Shown here piece after piece: positions 63,057-64,000 of a DNA stretch of 64,000 nucleotides (position 1 is its first letter; each line of letters starts with the position of its first letter). A program made the position numbers and the translations under genes. Origin of the DNA: an uncultured Solirubrobacterales bacterium (lineage in GTDB: Bacteria > Actinomycetota > Thermoleophilia > Solirubrobacterales > 70-9); contig OY969794.1 of the NCBI GenBank assembly GCA_963703175.1, positions 1,974,069 to 2,038,068 of the forward strand, written 5' to 3'. The notes beneath the pieces were generated by a model. It saw only the letters and a list, made by a program, of their open reading frames with translations, was not told where the DNA came from and searched no databases.

Positions 63057-64000
63057 TCAGCCCGTGCAGGGACCCGTATCGATAGGGACCGTCGTCTCGC
63101 TGAGGAGAGCTTGTTGGACTATCTCGTTTGGTACGGCGAAGCCGCCCGGGGGGCCGGAGGTGGTGGCGGCGAAGACGGTGGCCACCACCTGGCCCTTGTA
63201 GTCGACTAATGGGCCGCCGGAGTTGCCGCTGCGGACGCTGCCGCGGAGGAAGGCAAGCGAGCGATCGATCGGCCCGTTGCCATAAGAGTCCTCGCTGATC
63301 ACCGTGTTGGTGTCGCCTAGCCGGGCGGCGGCGACCGCATAGGGGCCGTTCTCGGGGTAGCCGAGGACAGCGCCCGCGGTCCCGCGCTGCGGATCGGAGG
63401 CGATTTTCAGGGCGGGGATCGAGGCGTCGATTCGCAACAGGGCAAGGTCGTTGGCGGGGTCGTAGTGAACCGGGGTGGCATCCAAGGAGGCGCCGTCGAT
63501 CGTGGCCACCGTGGTGTCGTCCTCACCGGCTACTACGTGTGCGTTGGTGACCACAAGGCCGGGTTGGGCGACCCAGCCGGACCCCTCGACGCCGAGGCCG
63601 CAGGCGGTGCCGAGTACGCGCACCACCGATTGGCTTGCGCGGCGCACATCGGGATCGGCACCGATCGTCGGATCCGGTGCCCCCACAGGGGTGATCGGGC
63701 CGGTGATCGAGGGCGCCGGATCGACGCGATTGAGTGCGTTGATTACTGGCCCAGAGGGGGGCAAGAGAGCGTTCAGTCGGCGCAGGATCAGTGAGCGCTG
63801 AACGTCGCCCCGCAGCTGGGCGGTTCCCGGGGCATGCAGTGCCACGGCGCCAAAGACCCAGATCAACCCGAGTGCCACCGCGGAAATCAGCGCCGCGCCA
63901 CCGGCACCGTCGGCGAGGTGAAGCACGCGACCGCGGACCAGCCGCTCGCGTAAGCCCAGGGCGAGGCTCTCCAGCGTCACCGCGACCAGGGCACCGACGA
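63057..64000 (-). CDS. MarP-like membrane-associated trypsin-type (S1) serine protease, 5' end beyond the window
   Basis: VVTNAHVVAG (His), DLALLRI (Asp) and GNSGGPLV (Ser). The N-terminal TM helix and reading frame stay open to position 64000, so the gene is partial. Confidence 0.75.
   Translation of the reverse strand, partial: VGALVAVTLESLALGLRERLVRGRVLHLADGAGGAALISAVALGLIWVFGAVALHAPGTAQLRGDVQRSLILRRLNALLPPSGPVINALNRVDPAPSITGPITPVGAPDPTIGADPDVRRASQSVVRVLGTACGLGVEGSGWVAQPGLVVTNAHVVAGEDDTTVATIDGASLDATPVHYDPANDLALLRIDASIPALKIASDPQRGTAGAVLGYPENGPYAVAAARLGDTNTVISEDSYGNGPIDRSLAFLRGSVRSGNSGGPLVDYKGQVVATVFAATTSGPPGGFAVPNEIVQQALLSETTVPIDTGPCTG

Overview
This is a 64 kb high-GC bacterial chromosomal segment. 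The gene content and order (disA-carD-ispD...ispF-cysS-rlmB, lysA-hom-thrC-thrB) together with a Bacillus-type SigH suggest a deep-branching Actinomycetota lineage (Thermoleophilia/Rubrobacteria-like); that placement is inference only. Most of the window is densely packed housekeeping and metabolic genes: isoprenoid, Cys-tRNA, Thr/Lys biosynthesis, a large glutamate synthase, beta-oxidation genes, a PBP and an M23 peptidase. All product calls come from motif recognition by eye, because no homology search could be run.

The features that ordinary gene annotation does not explain are:
1. A visibly lower-GC island at 14.2-18.4 kb, abutting tRNA-Thr. It carries a single-polypeptide MmeI-like type IIG nuclease-methyltransferase with a zinc-ribbon insertion, plus a GNAT gene.
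2. Two copies of a roughly 115-nt nested inverted-repeat element (27085-27202 and 62940-63051). They share two conserved internal boxes but have completely different, perfectly complementary 22-25 bp outer stems.
3. A related GC-rich palindrome cluster at 23137-23260.
4. A shared 21-bp palindromic operator in front of two separate beta-oxidation loci.
5. An in-frame 14-bp-stem palindromic insertion inside ispD.
6. Two conserved protein N-termini (ispD, and a zinc-ribbon-FHA protein) that have no canonical start codon.
7. A decayed DUF4258/DUF2283 toxin-antitoxin remnant.
8. A Vps62-like / SGNH-hydrolase divergent gene pair of unknown function.
9. A PlsC-GpsA fusion gene.

No rRNA, CRISPR array, transposase or integrase was seen. 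The many long antisense ORFs in the track are high-GC shadow ORFs.
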